64,000 nt of DNA from Vulcanimicrobiota bacterium (GCA_050250895.1 JBFWNU010000001.1:744008-808007); one strand, 5' to 3'; positions 1 through 9,952 are shown, numbered from the stretch's first letter. Translations and numbers: made by a program. Notes: generated by a model from the sequence alone, not told the origin.

Positions 1-1616
1 TGCCCTTTCGTGGTCTGACCAACGAAGACCGACAGGTGCGCCAGGCCCTGGCCCGGCCCGGCGTGGTCTATGGGGCACAGGCCTACAATGACGAGAACAA
101 CAAGATGGTCATCGAGGCCCCCCTGGCCCGTCCTACCGTAGAAGGCGACGCTTATGCCACCCAGACCTTCGGCATGACGGCGGTCTACACGGGTAACGAC
201 AAGGTCGTTCGAGATGTCATGCTCAACCTGCCCATGCGGGTGCTCGAGCCCGGCAGCGACAAGCAAGAAGTGGTGTTCGTGACCGCTCTGTGCCTGCAGG
301 CGGCGGCCGAGGTGATGAACGCTCCCCGCAGCGAGATCGAGCCCCTCGAGGACGAGATCAAGTTGCACCCTCGCTCGGCCCACGGTCGCGAAGAGCAGCC
401 TTTCACCATCCCTCTCTACAAGGGTCGGTTCGTGGTCAACTACAGCTTTTCGGACCATCAGCCGCCGACCGGCAGCCGGGTCGCTCCGGGGGTCTACTCC
501 TTCGTGCCCAGTGTCAGCTATCTAGAACTGATGCAAATGAGTGCCGAACAACTGCGCGAGCGCCTCGAGGGTCGTTATCTGCTGGTGGGATTGGCCAACC
601 CTTTTATCAAGCCCTATGTAGCTACGCCTTTTGGAGCCGAGGTCCCGGGTATCTATGTCGAGGCCGAGTGCGTGGCCTCGATCTTCGAGCAAGACTTCGT
701 CAGTCGCAGCTACCTCATCGACGAGGTGGTGCTCAGCCTCGTGCTGGGGTTACTCATCTCGGGGGTGGTTACCCGCCTGGGCCAGGCTCGGGGCATCGGC
801 ATCACCCTGCTGGCCCTGGCCGGCTGGTACGTCATCTGCCTGGCCACGTTCCTCCAATCTCAGCTGATCCTACCCATTCTCGGACCGTGGGTGGCCCTGC
901 TCATTCCGGCGGCTTCGGTGTCGGCCTTCCTCAACCGGGTGGACGAGGAAGAAAAGGCCCAGATTCGACAACTCTTTGGCGGCTATCTCTCGCCCAAGGT
1001 GGTGGATAGCCTGTTGCGCAAGAAGTATCGAGGCGAGCTAGGCCTGACCGGACGCAAACTGAAATTGACCGTGTTCTACTCGGACATTCGTGGTTTTACG
1101 GCCATGTCCGAGCGGCTCGACCCGCTCGAGGTCGTCTCCTTGCTCAACGAGCATTTCGAATGCCTGACGCGAGTAGCCTATCGGCATGACGCCTACATCG
1201 ACAAGTTCGTGGGCGACAGCCTGATGGCCGTGCTTTCGGCCCCCACCCCAAGACCTGACGACTCTTTGCGGGCCGTCACCATGGCTCTCGAGATGCGGGA
1301 AGAGATCCGCCTGCTGGTCCATCGCCGCGAGTCTCGCGGTGAGCCCGTCTATCAGATCGGTATCGGTATCCATACCGACCGGGTGGTCTTGGGTAACATC
1401 GGTTCGTCGGTCAAGATGGATTACACGGTGATTGGCGACGGCGTCAATCTCACCTCGCGACTGTGCGATGCCGCTCAAGGCGATCAGATTCTCATCAGCC
1501 AGGCCACCTATGACGAGGTCAAGGAGTATGTGGAGGTGCGCCCCCTGGAGCCGATCCGGGTCAAGGGAAAAGCGGAACCGGTCGGCATCTACGAGGTGTT
1601 AGGTAAGAAGACATGA
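1..1616 (+). CDS. CHASE2-type membrane adenylate cyclase (class III), 5'-truncated by the window edge
   Basis: Frame is open from position 3 (PFRGLTNEDRQV...). CHASE2-like TPFG..PG.YV.A motif, 3 TM helices, then the catalytic motifs FYSDIRGFT, DKFVGD and DYTVIGDGVNLTSRL (Lys/Thr ATP-specifying pair). Confidence 0.9.
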   Translation, partial: PFRGLTNEDRQVRQALARPGVVYGAQAYNDENNKMVIEAPLARPTVEGDAYATQTFGMTAVYTGNDKVVRDVMLNLPMRVLEPGSDKQEVVFVTALCLQAAAEVMNAPRSEIEPLEDEIKLHPRSAHGREEQPFTIPLYKGRFVVNYSFSDHQPPTGSRVAPGVYSFVPSVSYLELMQMSAEQLRERLEGRYLLVGLANPFIKPYVATPFGAEVPGIYVEAECVASIFEQDFVSRSYLIDEVVLSLVLGLLISGVVTRLGQARGIGITLLALAGWYVICLATFLQSQLILPILGPWVALLIPAASVSAFLNRVDEEEKAQIRQLFGGYLSPKVVDSLLRKKYRGELGLTGRKLKLTVFYSDIRGFTAMSERLDPLEVVSLLNEHFECLTRVAYRHDAYIDKFVGDSLMAVLSAPTPRPDDSLRAVTMALEMREEIRLLVHRRESRGEPVYQIGIGIHTDRVVLGNIGSSVKMDYTVIGDGVNLTSRLCDAAQGDQILISQATYDEVKEYVEVRPLEPIRVKGKAEPVGIYEVLGKKT

Positions 1617-3817
1617 GCCGTCTTCCCCTGGGACTCAACTGGCTGTTCTTCCTGGCCACCGCCTCGCTGGCCGCGATGCTGACGGGTCTCTTCGTCCTGT
1701 TTTCGAGGTTCTCGCTGCAATCGATCCAGGTCTTTGCCGACAAGTCGCTGACCCTGCAGGCGCGTTCGGCCCGCACCGAGTTGCGCGAATTTCTCGAGCA
1801 ACCCCCCATCGTCATCGAAGAGTTCGAACGCCAGATCAAGGTCGGCCTGGTTCACCCTCGCGACGCCAAAGAAGTCGAGGCCTTTCTCTTTTCTACCTTA
1901 CTGGATCATCCCGATCTTTTGGAGGCGTCCTTCACCTTCGATCTGGCCGAGAAGGGACAGGTGTCGGTGGTGCGACGGCGCAGCCCCGAGGGCGACCAGT
2001 TGCTGACACTGATCACCCGCGAAGCTCGTAAAGGGTTCGAACGCTGGGACCGCGTTCGCCCGGTTGGCGGAGCCCTCACCTCCGGTAGCCTCACCCTGTG
2101 GGGAGAGGTTCCCGATCCGACCAATCACAACACTTATACGACCCCGGTGACCCGGCGCCACGCTCAGTGGACCGACCTGAGCTATTGCCAGCTCGACGCC
2201 GGGCTGCCCGAAAAGGACCGCCGTGTGACCCTGTCGGTCCAAAAGCGCATCGAAGACCGGGCGGGGCGCCTTTTCGGAGTCTTGCGGATCGGGATCCTGA
2301 CGGACCGCATCAATGAGCAAATGCAACGGGTCAACCCCGAACACATCCTCTTTCTCTGCGACCAGCAGGGCCGGCTGATCGCTGGACCGGACCCGACCCC
2401 GGTCTTCGAAGACGACTATGACCTGCGCCGGGGAACCACCAATCCAGTATTGCTGCGAGCTCTCGAGACGGCGCGCCGGGTGCGCTCGGACGAAGAGTGG
2501 GTCTCGGACCGCTACGTTGTCAAAGGCCGGCACTATCTGGTCAGCCTGATCAGCGTGGATCGCGCCTCGGATCCCCTCGAGTCGATCCACGACGTGGCCG
2601 TGGCCCTGACCCGCTACAGCAATCGGGTGGCCGGGCGGTTGCTCGACGATTCAATCTGGGTTAGCCTCGACAATCGCGAGCACATCAATACCTGGGACTG
2701 GGTGTTGGGAATGGTGGCCGCCGAGAACTATTACACCAGCAGCTATCGCGACCGCGAGCGCAAAGTCCTGGGCCTGGCCGCCGTCCTGCTGATCTTGATC
2801 CTGGCCGGGGGCACGCTGGTGATGGGCTGGCTACGCCGGGATCTGGCCGAAGTGGCCAGCGTGGCCACGCGAATGCAGGCCTTCGAGTTCGGGCCTCTCA
2901 ATTCGCGGGTGAACTTTCCCGAAACGAGCCGGGTGATGGGTGGTCTCGAGGCGGCCAAGACGGCGGTGCGCTCGATGTCTCGCTATCTTCCCCTGGATCT
3001 CATCAAGCAGCTCTTTGCCCGCAACCAGGAGCCCGCGCTGGGCGGGCATCTGCAGCCGGCCACGCTGATGTTCACCGACATCGCCGATTTCTCGACCATC
3101 GCCGAGACCATGGAGCCCAACCGGTTGGCTTCTACGCTGGGCATCTATTTTGACGCCCTGGCCCAGGAGATACTCCGGCACGAAGGCATCATCGACAAGT
3201 ACATCGGCGACGCCATCATGGCCATCTGGAACGCTCCTACCGAGGTCGATCAGCACGCCCTCAAGGCTTGTCGAGCCGCCTACGGCTGCGTGAAAGTGAC
3301 GTCTGAGCTATTTAACTCCGACTCGTGGGGACACCGCCCGGCCCTGCATACTCGCTTCGGCATTCATACCGACACGGTGATGGTGGGCCATTTCGGAGCC
3401 CCCAGCCGTATGGACTACACCTCGCTGGGAGACGGAGTCAACCTGGCTTCGCGCCTGGAGGGACTCAACAAGCAGTATGGCACCCGAATTCTGGTGAGTA
3501 AGCCGGTCTTTGAGCAAGCCTGTCTGGAGTTCAGATTTCGCAAGATCGACCGCGTGGCCGTCAAAGGCAAGGCCCGGGGTGTCGAAGTCTTCGAGCTCCT
3601 GGGTCCCATCCAGGACCAGCCCAAGCTGCCTTATGAAGAGTATGAAAACGCTCTCGAGCTCTATTTTCAGCGCAACTTCTCGGGAGCCCTGATGAGCCTG
3701 GTAGGACTCGAGGCCCGAGATTGGGCCAGCCAGGTGCTGGCCGAACGTTGCCGCCTATACCTGGCCAACCCCCCCGAGGCAGATTGGAACGGCACTTACG
3801 TGGCCAAAGAGAAATGA
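1613..3817 (+). CDS. Membrane adenylate cyclase (class III) with extracytoplasmic Cache-like sensor domain
   Basis: Two TM segments flank a sensor domain (WTDLSY motif); FTDIADFST, DKYIGDAI, DYTSLGDGVNLASRLEG; ATGA overlap with upstream gene. Confidence 0.9.
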   Translation: MSRLPLGLNWLFFLATASLAAMLTGLFVLFSRFSLQSIQVFADKSLTLQARSARTELREFLEQPPIVIEEFERQIKVGLVHPRDAKEVEAFLFSTLLDHPDLLEASFTFDLAEKGQVSVVRRRSPEGDQLLTLITREARKGFERWDRVRPVGGALTSGSLTLWGEVPDPTNHNTYTTPVTRRHAQWTDLSYCQLDAGLPEKDRRVTLSVQKRIEDRAGRLFGVLRIGILTDRINEQMQRVNPEHILFLCDQQGRLIAGPDPTPVFEDDYDLRRGTTNPVLLRALETARRVRSDEEWVSDRYVVKGRHYLVSLISVDRASDPLESIHDVAVALTRYSNRVAGRLLDDSIWVSLDNREHINTWDWVLGMVAAENYYTSSYRDRERKVLGLAAVLLILILAGGTLVMGWLRRDLAEVASVATRMQAFEFGPLNSRVNFPETSRVMGGLEAAKTAVRSMSRYLPLDLIKQLFARNQEPALGGHLQPATLMFTDIADFSTIAETMEPNRLASTLGIYFDALAQEILRHEGIIDKYIGDAIMAIWNAPTEVDQHALKACRAAYGCVKVTSELFNSDSWGHRPALHTRFGIHTDTVMVGHFGAPSRMDYTSLGDGVNLASRLEGLNKQYGTRILVSKPVFEQACLEFRFRKIDRVAVKGKARGVEVFELLGPIQDQPKLPYEEYENALELYFQRNFSGALMSLVGLEARDWASQVLAERCRLYLANPPEADWNGTYVAKEK

Positions 3818-4302
3818 GAATCTGGCTCCTTTTCTTACTGTTGGTCGCTCCCGGACTGGCCGACCAGCAGGTCCTGCTGACGACCACCAGCGACCGCGAC
3901 TCGGAGCGTGACGTCCTGAGACTGGAACTGGACTCGTCAGGCCACCCGCTGGCCCTGATCCAGGTGCGAGATAAGAAAGAGACCCACTTCACCCAGGCCG
4001 ACCTCGAACAGGGGGCGGTGCTAAAGCACGAGGCCGGCCGCGATGTGGCCATCCTCTACGCCGACTCGTTCGATCCCGAAAAAGGAGGCCGCTTTCGCCT
4101 GCATTACCTGGTCAGCGGCATCCCGCCGGTCAGCTACGACGATTTCTACCTGCACTTGAAACCCGATTCCGATGGAAGCTGGCACCTCTACCTGCCCGGC
4201 CGGGCCAAGCCCCTAAAACGGCTTCACTTCGTCCTCAATCGCGTGGGCGCCCTGGGCTACCAGAAGATCATCGGCATCAAAACCATCCGCCCCACCGAGT
4301 AG
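3814..4302 (+). CDS. Secreted hypothetical protein
   Basis: ATG at 3814 overlaps the upstream TGA (ATGA); signal peptide MRIWLLFLLLVAPGLA. Confidence 0.75.
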   Translation: MRIWLLFLLLVAPGLADQQVLLTTTSDRDSERDVLRLELDSSGHPLALIQVRDKKETHFTQADLEQGAVLKHEAGRDVAILYADSFDPEKGGRFRLHYLVSGIPPVSYDDFYLHLKPDSDGSWHLYLPGRAKPLKRLHFVLNRVGALGYQKIIGIKTIRPTE

Positions 4303-4318
4303 CCCAAACCGCTCCCCA

Positions 4319-4870
4319 GGCGGCGAAGCCGCCATGGGATGACGACGCGAAGCGTCGAGTATCTCAAGACCCGAGGTGAGCCAAAGCGAACCTCGCTCCT
4401 CTCTCGACGACGAAGTCGTCGCTTCCCTCTCCCCGGCGAAGCCATGGGGCTCCTCCCTCCCCGGACGGAGGCTGGCACCTCTACCTGCCGTAACCTCCAG
4501 TGCGGCGAAGCCGCCTTGGAATGACGACGCGAAGCGTCGAGTAACCCAAATCCTCGAGGTGAGCCAAAGCGAACCTCGCTCCTCTCTCGACGACGAAGTC
4601 GGCGCTCCCCTCTCCCCGGCGAAGCCGTGGGGCTCCTCCCTCCCCGGACGGAGGCTGGCACCTCTACCTGCCGTAACCTCCAGTGCGGCGAAGCCGCCTT
4701 AGAATGACGACGCGAAGCGTCGAGTAACCCAAATCCTCGAGGTGAGCCAAAGCGAACCTCGCTCCCATCTCGTCGACGAAGTCGGCCCTCCCCTCTCCCC
4801 GGCGAAGCCGTGGGGCTCCTCCCTCCCCGGGCGAAGCCCGGGGCTCCTCCCTGGCGAGCGCAAGCGAGCC
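4319..4870. repeat. About 3 tandem ~183-bp units of a palindrome-rich REP-like element
   Basis: Units start at 4321, 4503 and 4686 (CGGCGAAGCCGCC...). They contain hairpins such as GCGGC-GAA-GCCGC, CGACGC-GAA-GCGTCG and CGACGAC-GAA-GTCGTCG; the third unit diverges at its end. Confidence 0.9.
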
Positions 4871-4945
4871 AGTATCAATCTACTAGAAAACCAGAGTGAA
4901 CATTTTGAACCGTGCCCGACTCTTGCGTCTGGAGGTTGAAACAAA

Positions 4946-6619
4946 ATGTTGGAACTCAAGTCTTTTCGCAAGCTACTCAGCAAGGACAAGGCGGTGGACC
5001 GTCCGCGCTTCTTCGACTTTCTGGCCCGCCAGGGCGTGGCCGAAGAAGAACTCGTGCGCCACCTCTCGGCGGGCAACCGCAAGCCTTATCTGCTAGAACC
5101 TTTCTATCTTGGGCGCCTGGGACGCAAGAACTGGTTTAGCGGGCTCAAGGAACACTACCAGGTCGACGCCTTTTCGCTTGAGGAGGCCGACCTCTCGCCC
5201 CAGGTGGCCCTGGTCGTCTCGCAGGAACTCAGCCGCCATTACGGAGTCACCTGCATCGATATCGACGAACGGGGCCTGACCCTGGGCATGGTCGACGCCG
5301 CCAACGACGAATCGGTGGCCACCATCGAAGAGAAGACCGACTTTCGCGTCGTGCGCCGGGTGGCGGTGCTGGCCACCGACCTGGCCAAGTTTCAGGAGCA
5401 GCTCTACGGCTCGGCCCGCATGCTCGAGATCAGCCCGCGCGAAATCGTCGACGACGTCATCCACCGGGCTATCGCCCAAGGAGCTAGCGACATCCACTTC
5501 GAGCCGTTAGAAGACGAACTGATGGTGCGTTTTCGCAAAGACGGCATCCTGATGGATTCGATCAACGCCCGCGAGTTCGCTCCCAAGAAGATCCTGCTGC
5601 GCCATCTCAAGGCCGCTCTGCCGGTGGTGGTCAAAAACAAGTCGGGTGCCTCGGGCAAGACCATGAACATCGCCGAGACCCAGAAAGCCCAGGACGGCCG
5701 CATCTATCTACCCAGCCGCAACATCGATATGCGGGTCTCGGTGCTGCCCACCAGTCACGGTGAAAGCGTGGTCATTCGCATCCATCGACCGGGGGAAGGC
5801 AACGGCCTGCAACAGCTCGGCTTCGAAACGGCCCTGCTGGACCGCTTCGCCCCCTTGATCGAGGCTCCCCACGGCATCTTGCTGGTGTCGGGGCCCACCG
5901 GCAGCGGCAAGACCACTACCTTATATACCGTCTTGCGCCGACTCAACTCGCCCGAAAAGAAGATCCTGACCATCGAAGATCCGGTCGAGTACAACGTGCC
6001 CGGGGTGGTGCAGGTGCAGACCTCCGAGGCTAAGGGGCTTACCTTCGCCTCGGCCCTGCGCAACTTCTTGCGCCACGACCCGGACATCATCATGGTGGGC
6101 GAGATTCGCGACAGCGAGACGGCGGTCATGGCTGTCGAGGCCTCCCTGACCGGCCATCTGGTGCTCTCGACCGTGCATGCCAACGATGCCGTGCGCACCA
6201 TCACGCGCATCCGTGACCTGGGCGTCAATCCCAAGCTGGTGGCCTCGACCTGTCTCGGCACTATGGCCCAACGTCTGGTCCGACTCAACTGCCCCCATTG
6301 TCGGGCGGCGACCCCGGCCGACGATCAGTTGTTGCGTCTGGCCGAGCGCTACCAGATCGCACTAGACCCCTCGCGTTTGGCCCGGGGCACCGGTTGTGAC
6401 GCCTGCAATCAGACGGGCTATCGGGGCCGCACGGTCATTCACGAACTGATGGTCATGACTCCCGAGTTGAGGGTGCTGGTCGAAAACCAGGCTTCCGACT
6501 CGGACCTCGAGCGCCTGGCCCGAGAGCAGGGCATGCGTCTGTTGCTCGAGGACGCCCTGAGCAAGGTGGCCGCCGGCCTGACCACCTGGGAGGAAGTGCG
6601 CCGGGTGACCCTGGTATGA
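4946..6619 (+). CDS. GspE/PilB-family type II secretion / type IV pilus assembly ATPase
   Basis: ASDIHFEP, QDGRI, Walker A GPTGSGKTTT, TIEDPVEY, LRHDPDIIMVGEIRD, TGHLVLSTVHAN, tetra-Cys CPHC...CDAC; GGAGG RBS. Confidence 0.95.
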   Translation: MLELKSFRKLLSKDKAVDRPRFFDFLARQGVAEEELVRHLSAGNRKPYLLEPFYLGRLGRKNWFSGLKEHYQVDAFSLEEADLSPQVALVVSQELSRHYGVTCIDIDERGLTLGMVDAANDESVATIEEKTDFRVVRRVAVLATDLAKFQEQLYGSARMLEISPREIVDDVIHRAIAQGASDIHFEPLEDELMVRFRKDGILMDSINAREFAPKKILLRHLKAALPVVVKNKSGASGKTMNIAETQKAQDGRIYLPSRNIDMRVSVLPTSHGESVVIRIHRPGEGNGLQQLGFETALLDRFAPLIEAPHGILLVSGPTGSGKTTTLYTVLRRLNSPEKKILTIEDPVEYNVPGVVQVQTSEAKGLTFASALRNFLRHDPDIIMVGEIRDSETAVMAVEASLTGHLVLSTVHANDAVRTITRIRDLGVNPKLVASTCLGTMAQRLVRLNCPHCRAATPADDQLLRLAERYQIALDPSRLARGTGCDACNQTGYRGRTVIHELMVMTPELRVLVENQASDSDLERLAREQGMRLLLEDALSKVAAGLTTWEEVRRVTLV

Positions 6620-7740
6620 GAGCACTAGCCCTCTGGTTGGCCCTGGCCCTTCCGGCCTGCGCCCAGACCCTGCGCCTGGAGTTCGCACAAGAAGGCGACC
6701 CTCAGGTCCCTCGCGCCCTGATCATCGTGCACGACGCCCTCTCCAACCGAGCCGAGCTTTCCACCTTGCTCGAAGCCTGGGGCACCAAATCGTGGGCTCG
6801 CGACCAGTATTGCTCGGTCTATACCTTCGAATATCAGCGCCACGGCCTGTTCGACCTCGAGTCGAGCGAGCGGTTGGCCAAGAGCCTTCTGGCCCAGGCG
6901 CGGGCCGACTCGTTTGACGCGGGCGGCGGGGCTGACGAGGTCAATCCCTTTCGACGCACCCGACCGTCCGACCATCGCCAGCCCAGCCCCACCATCCGTC
7001 GTTGCCAGGAGCTGCTTTTGGTCGGCTTTGGCCAGGGCGGGCTGGTGGTCCGGCAGGTGGCCCGCATGGCCCCGGCGGCCAACCTGAAAGTGACCCGAGT
7101 GGCCTATGTCGGGACCCCGCTCGACGGCCTGGCCACCCTCGACCTCATCTTGACCCTGACCATCCCGGAACGCTGTGCCCCGATGGGGTTGGTGAGGCCG
7201 CTTGCTCCTGACGAACTCGAGCGCCTTTCGGATAGCTGGTGGGAGCTGACTCGATTGTTCGACTATCGGCGGGGCTGGGCCACCTATTTCACCCCCGCTT
7301 ATCAAGAGATCAAGTCGATGGCCCTGCTGGGAGACTACCCCCGCCCTCTTCACCCCACCGACAACGTCCTCTATGGCCGCAACCATCGCGTCAGCCTCGA
7401 CGGCCAGGGCTCGGACGGGCTGGTGCCAACCAGCCTGGCCAGAGGCACCAAGAACGGCCCTGTCGCGCTGGTGGCCGAACAGACGCTGTCCTCGGTACAC
7501 CACCGCCAGCTGAGTGAGCGGGCCGCCGACTTCCTGTTCAAGGAGTTGCTCGACCGGGAGGTGACCTGGGACTACCTCTGGCGCCGCGAAGGCATCGAGG
7601 CCTTCGTGCGAGGACGCGGCTTTGACCCGATCGGCACCTACTGGGATGAGCGCGACAACCAATACACCCAACCCCAATGGCGCGAGGCCTACGCCACCAA
7701 GAAGAGCCTTTACGAGATGATGTGGGGGGTGGCCCCATGA
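6616..7740 (+). CDS. Exported alpha/beta-hydrolase-fold (lipase/esterase-like) protein, nucleophile apparently lost
   Basis: Signal peptide; LLVGFGQGGLVVR, YVGTPLDG, SDGLVP and a downstream His resemble the GHSxGG / GTPHxG / DGxVP motifs of lipase-like hydrolases. Confidence 0.6.
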   Translation: MRALALWLALALPACAQTLRLEFAQEGDPQVPRALIIVHDALSNRAELSTLLEAWGTKSWARDQYCSVYTFEYQRHGLFDLESSERLAKSLLAQARADSFDAGGGADEVNPFRRTRPSDHRQPSPTIRRCQELLLVGFGQGGLVVRQVARMAPAANLKVTRVAYVGTPLDGLATLDLILTLTIPERCAPMGLVRPLAPDELERLSDSWWELTRLFDYRRGWATYFTPAYQEIKSMALLGDYPRPLHPTDNVLYGRNHRVSLDGQGSDGLVPTSLARGTKNGPVALVAEQTLSSVHHRQLSERAADFLFKELLDREVTWDYLWRREGIEAFVRGRGFDPIGTYWDERDNQYTQPQWREAYATKKSLYEMMWGVAP

Positions 7741-8081
7741 AGAACCGAGCTTTCGCCCTGGCCTCGTTTCTGGTGCTGGTTCCCATCTTGACGGCCATGG
7801 CCTGGGCCTTTCTCGAATTCTCGGCCTTCGCCCGCAAAGAAGCCCTGGTGCAAGAACGGCGGGTGCGGGCTTACCAGGCCGCCGAGGCCGGCCTTCGCTA
7901 CTATCGGATCTCCGGACAACCCATCGAATTCGAACTCAACGACTGCGCGGTGACGGTCTCCCAGCAAGATGCACTGGTCCGCTCCCAAGCCCGGGACCAG
8001 CGCAGTCGGGTCAGCGTGACCATCGCGCTCGAGACCTCCGGCGGCACGGTGGTGAGGAGGTCCTGCAGTGAGACCTACTAG
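7737..8081 (+). CDS. Small PilX/GspK-like pseudopilin
   Basis: ATGA overlap at 7737; MKNRA|FALASFLVLV hydrophobic N-terminus; AYQAAEAGL motif typical of PilX N-termini. Confidence 0.65.
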   Translation: MKNRAFALASFLVLVPILTAMAWAFLEFSAFARKEALVQERRVRAYQAAEAGLRYYRISGQPIEFELNDCAVTVSQQDALVRSQARDQRSRVSVTIALETSGGTVVRRSCSETY

Positions 8082-8415
8082 AGCCTTCAGCTTGCTCGAG
8101 ATGGTAATGGCCATTTTTTTGGTGGCCCTGGTGCTGGCCATGCTGGGCCAGATCATTCCCCTGGCCCGCCTTGGGGCCCGCCAGGCTGAGCGCCAGCTGG
8201 GGGGAGCCCTGCTGGCCCAGAACGTGCTCGAGACCTATCTGGTCGAGCCCGCCGAGAAGTGGCCGGCCGATCCCTTTCACCCCGAGGCCGGACCCCAGCT
8301 GGCCAGGCTCGAGCGCCTGCCCTGGCAGAACCGTCCGGAAATCACACTGGCGCGGGTGACCATCCTCAACGGCGACGAAGAAATCTACCGATTGGAGACC
8401 CTCATCATCCCATGA
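8068..8415 (+). CDS. Prepilin-type pseudopilin (PilV/GspI-like)
   Basis: MRPTRA|FSLLEMVMAIFLVALVL class III signal with Glu+5. Confidence 0.8.
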   Translation: MRPTRAFSLLEMVMAIFLVALVLAMLGQIIPLARLGARQAERQLGGALLAQNVLETYLVEPAEKWPADPFHPEAGPQLARLERLPWQNRPEITLARVTILNGDEEIYRLETLIIP

Positions 8416-8921
8416 GTAACCAACGCGCCCATACGCTGGCCGAGATCCTGGTGGCAGCCGCTCTCTTCTCGGTCTTTCTGGTGGTCTCGAGCAGCCTCTT
8501 CGTGGGCGTGCTGCGCATCGCCGAGCGTGAACAAAAGCCCGCCAGCCGCAAGGTAGAGGCCCGAACCGCCGCTTTGCGGATAGCCGCCAGCTTGCGTAAC
8601 TGTGAGCAACTGCTGGACCCGCCCCTCTCCGAGCTGCTCAAGACGCCCTCCGATCACGTCTTGTTGCGTGATGCCTCGCGCCAAATCACCCTCGGCTATC
8701 GCCTCGACCGCGGCTTGCTGCAAGAGATCGTCTATCGACCCGACTACGACCCGGCCAACGCCGAGACCCACAAACCCGAGCGGATCAAGCCCCTGGGCAA
8801 GCTCGAGGCTTTGCAGGTGTCGAGCGGAGGCTACTACTACCCTACTCGGATCGAAGTGCGCTTGACCCCCCTGCAACTGGAGCCGGTGCGGGCCGTCACC
8901 AACTTTCGGGAGGCGATATGA
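8412..8921 (+). CDS. Prepilin-type pseudopilin (PilW/GspJ-like)
   Basis: ATG at 8412 (ATGA overlap); MSNQRA|HTLAEILVAAALFSVF with Glu+5. Confidence 0.75.
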   Translation: MSNQRAHTLAEILVAAALFSVFLVVSSSLFVGVLRIAEREQKPASRKVEARTAALRIAASLRNCEQLLDPPLSELLKTPSDHVLLRDASRQITLGYRLDRGLLQEIVYRPDYDPANAETHKPERIKPLGKLEALQVSSGGYYYPTRIEVRLTPLQLEPVRAVTNFREAI

Positions 8922-9952
8922 AAGCCATCTACCTGGTCTATTGGTTTCGCCAGCTGGCCGTCCTGCAGGCATGCGGCATTCCGCTGGTGGCCAGCCTCGA
9001 GGTAGTGGGTCGCCAGAGTGCCAGTCCTCGGTTGGGAGAGGTCTCGCAAGAGCTGATCGGCAACCTGCGTCGCGGCCTCAAGCTCTCGGCTGCCATGGCC
9101 GAACTGGGCCACCCCTTCGCCCCGGTCCACCTGGGGGCGGTCCAGGTTGGCGAGTATCAGGGGGACCTGGCCGTCATTTTCGAGCGACTGGCCGACCACG
9201 AAGAGGCCCAAGACCGCCTACGCCAACGATTGGTCTCGGCCCTCACCTATCCCCTCCTGGTGCTGGCCCTGTCGGCCCTGGGGCTGTACCTGCTGGTGCG
9301 CTTGCTGGCCCCGGTGCTGGCCAACTTGAGCGCCCAGCTCGAGGGAACTCCCAGCCGGACTTTGCAAATACTGACCGGCCTGGGTGGCTTACTCGAGCGA
9401 GACGGACTGGTGCTGGCTCTGCTCATCGCGTTGGTGGTGCTGGTTCGGGCGGCGGCCGCCCGGCTCTGGGTTCATCGACGTCAAAACCTGGAGCGTCTGG
9501 CCCTGACCTTACCGCTGGTGGGCAAGATGTTCCACCGCAGCTTTCTAGTGCGCTCCTGCCGAACCCTCGAGACCATGCTGCGAGCCGGCCTGCCCCTGAC
9601 CGAAGCCTTGCGGCTGGCCGGGGTTAGTAGCGGCTGCCTACTACTGGATGAACAGGTCTTTGGCGAGGCCGAACGGCGGGTGCGTCAGGGCGAGAGCCTG
9701 GCCCAAGCCTTCCAGGGGCGTCCCTGGCTGCCTCGCAGCTTCACCGGAATGGTGGTGGCCGGACAAGAGAGCGGCTCTCTCGAAGTAATCTTTGGAAAGC
9801 TCAGCAGTCTTTATGAAATCGAGTTGCAGACAGCGGTCGAGTCTTTTCTGGCGGCGCTCGAGCCGCTGGCCATCGCGGTGGTTGGCTCGGTGGTACTGGT
9901 CGTCTTGCTGGGTGCCTTTTTGCCCCTTTACCAACTGGTGGCGGTCCTCTAG
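8918..9952 (+). CDS. GspF/PilC-family platform protein
   Basis: FRQLAVLQACGIPL, VGEYQGDL, ALTYP, AGLPL, AGQESGSL, LEP...FLPLY: the duplicated T2SSF pattern. Confidence 0.9.
   Translation: MKAIYLVYWFRQLAVLQACGIPLVASLEVVGRQSASPRLGEVSQELIGNLRRGLKLSAAMAELGHPFAPVHLGAVQVGEYQGDLAVIFERLADHEEAQDRLRQRLVSALTYPLLVLALSALGLYLLVRLLAPVLANLSAQLEGTPSRTLQILTGLGGLLERDGLVLALLIALVVLVRAAAARLWVHRRQNLERLALTLPLVGKMFHRSFLVRSCRTLETMLRAGLPLTEALRLAGVSSGCLLLDEQVFGEAERRVRQGESLAQAFQGRPWLPRSFTGMVVAGQESGSLEVIFGKLSSLYEIELQTAVESFLAALEPLAIAVVGSVVLVVLLGAFLPLYQLVAVL

Noticed and set aside
4319-4870. CRISPR array
   Set aside because: Units are ~183 bp and nearly identical along their length, with no unique spacers and no cas genes in the window.
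4257-5139. Short ORFs over the repeat region (e.g. 4376..4702, 4257..4661)
   Set aside because: They are translations of palindromic repeats with no RBS or recognisable protein features.
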